From Azolla caroliniana (lineage: Eukaryota; Plantae; Polypodiophyta), in contig JBHGNT010000010.1 of NCBI GenBank assembly GCA_043228905.1, positions 16,616,001 to 16,680,000 on the forward strand: DNA of 64,000 nucleotides, given 5' to 3'. A model generated the notes under the pieces. The model had not been told where the DNA came from. It saw only the letters and a list, made by a program, of their open reading frames with translations, and searched no databases. Shown piece after piece: positions 63,144 to 64,000 of this stretch. Both the position numbers and the translations under genes were made by a program. Position 1 is the stretch's first letter; each line of letters starts with the position of its first letter.

Positions 63144-64000
63144 TGTTAGGATTTTGGTCCCTCCAGATGGGATATGAGTGTTGAAGACAAAGGCCGTCAA
63201 TGCGGAAGATCTTATAGCATTCGATTGGGGTTGAGTACCTGCGTATGACAGTTTCTAAGATCGTGCACAGAGAGAGAGAGAGAGAGAGAGACACAAAAGA
63301 CTTTCTATTCAATAGAAACAATAATACAACCAACCTTACAAAAAGGTTACAAGGTCACTATATATAGTGACCGACTTAGGGCAACTACCATTTATGCTAA
63401 TTACACAAATGGCCCAAACTTGATCTATACAAAGGGATAGTGTGAATATGTCCATTATACACTTGTATTCGACACTCCCCCGTAATGGGCGTATACATGG
63501 GTTATCTAAGATTACAGGTATAAACCTAGGTTCTCGGACATATCAGTTTTGTTCGAGTCGGCAGGGTCCGAAGGCAGAAGACCGAACTGGTCGGGTCGGA
63601 AGAGTTGAAGCTGATCATTAAGGAACTGATGTCGGTTGTCTGAAACCATCCTGCGCTGTGTCCGGCTCTAACCGGACTGGTTTGTCGTTACGCCCATCTG
63701 ATGCCGAAGGGACCGAAAGCGGTCTGCCGAAAGACACTTGGTCATTCCATCTGCGACATTGTCGGTTGTGGATATTTTCTCCAGACCGATTTTCCCTGAA
63801 ATGACGCAGTCCCGAACGAAGTGATATCGAACGTCGATATGTTTGGAGGCGTTGTGGTGAACCGGATTTCTCGACAAGGCAACAGCACCTTGACTGTCGC
63901 TATAGACAACTGGAGCCGAGTCATGGTCGACTTGTCGAAACGTGTGCGCCAGCCGGCCGAGCCACAAAGCTTCTTTTGCAGCGTCGGACGCAGCTACATA
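63144..64000 (-). mobile_element. 3' end of a Ty1/copia element (3' LTR 63144-63474, PPT, RNase H), same family as 35198-36800
   Basis: RNase H ORF 63668-63967 (SDSQGA, KHIDVRYH, ADGMTK); the U3 start matches the LTR at 35551. Confidence 0.88.

Overview
Repeat-rich, AT-rich land-plant nuclear DNA. The element families and an unusual 11S-type cupin suggest a seed-free plant, but that is inference only. Two intact intron-containing host genes are present: a MYB-CC/PHR1-like (PHL7-type) transcription factor on + (CDS 19491-24394) and an 11S/legumin-like bicupin storage globulin on - (29254-26122) with an RY/G-box promoter cluster. The rest is nested transposable elements: a LINE carrying a full-length Ty1/copia and two nested solo LTRs; hAT and Mutator MITEs; four tRNA-Trp-primed Ty3/gypsy-type elements plus a related solo LTR, inserted at CpG-centred 4-bp sites, two of them with a GGATTTT-TAG slippery site after protease; more copia copies; and a hAT element containing an intronless RPL21 pseudogene. 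The most striking feature, largely missed by the ORF track, is a spliced, decayed beta-class amino-DNA-methyltransferase (N4-cytosine/N6-adenine type) gene remnant at about 34303-35197 (-), cut off by a copia insertion.
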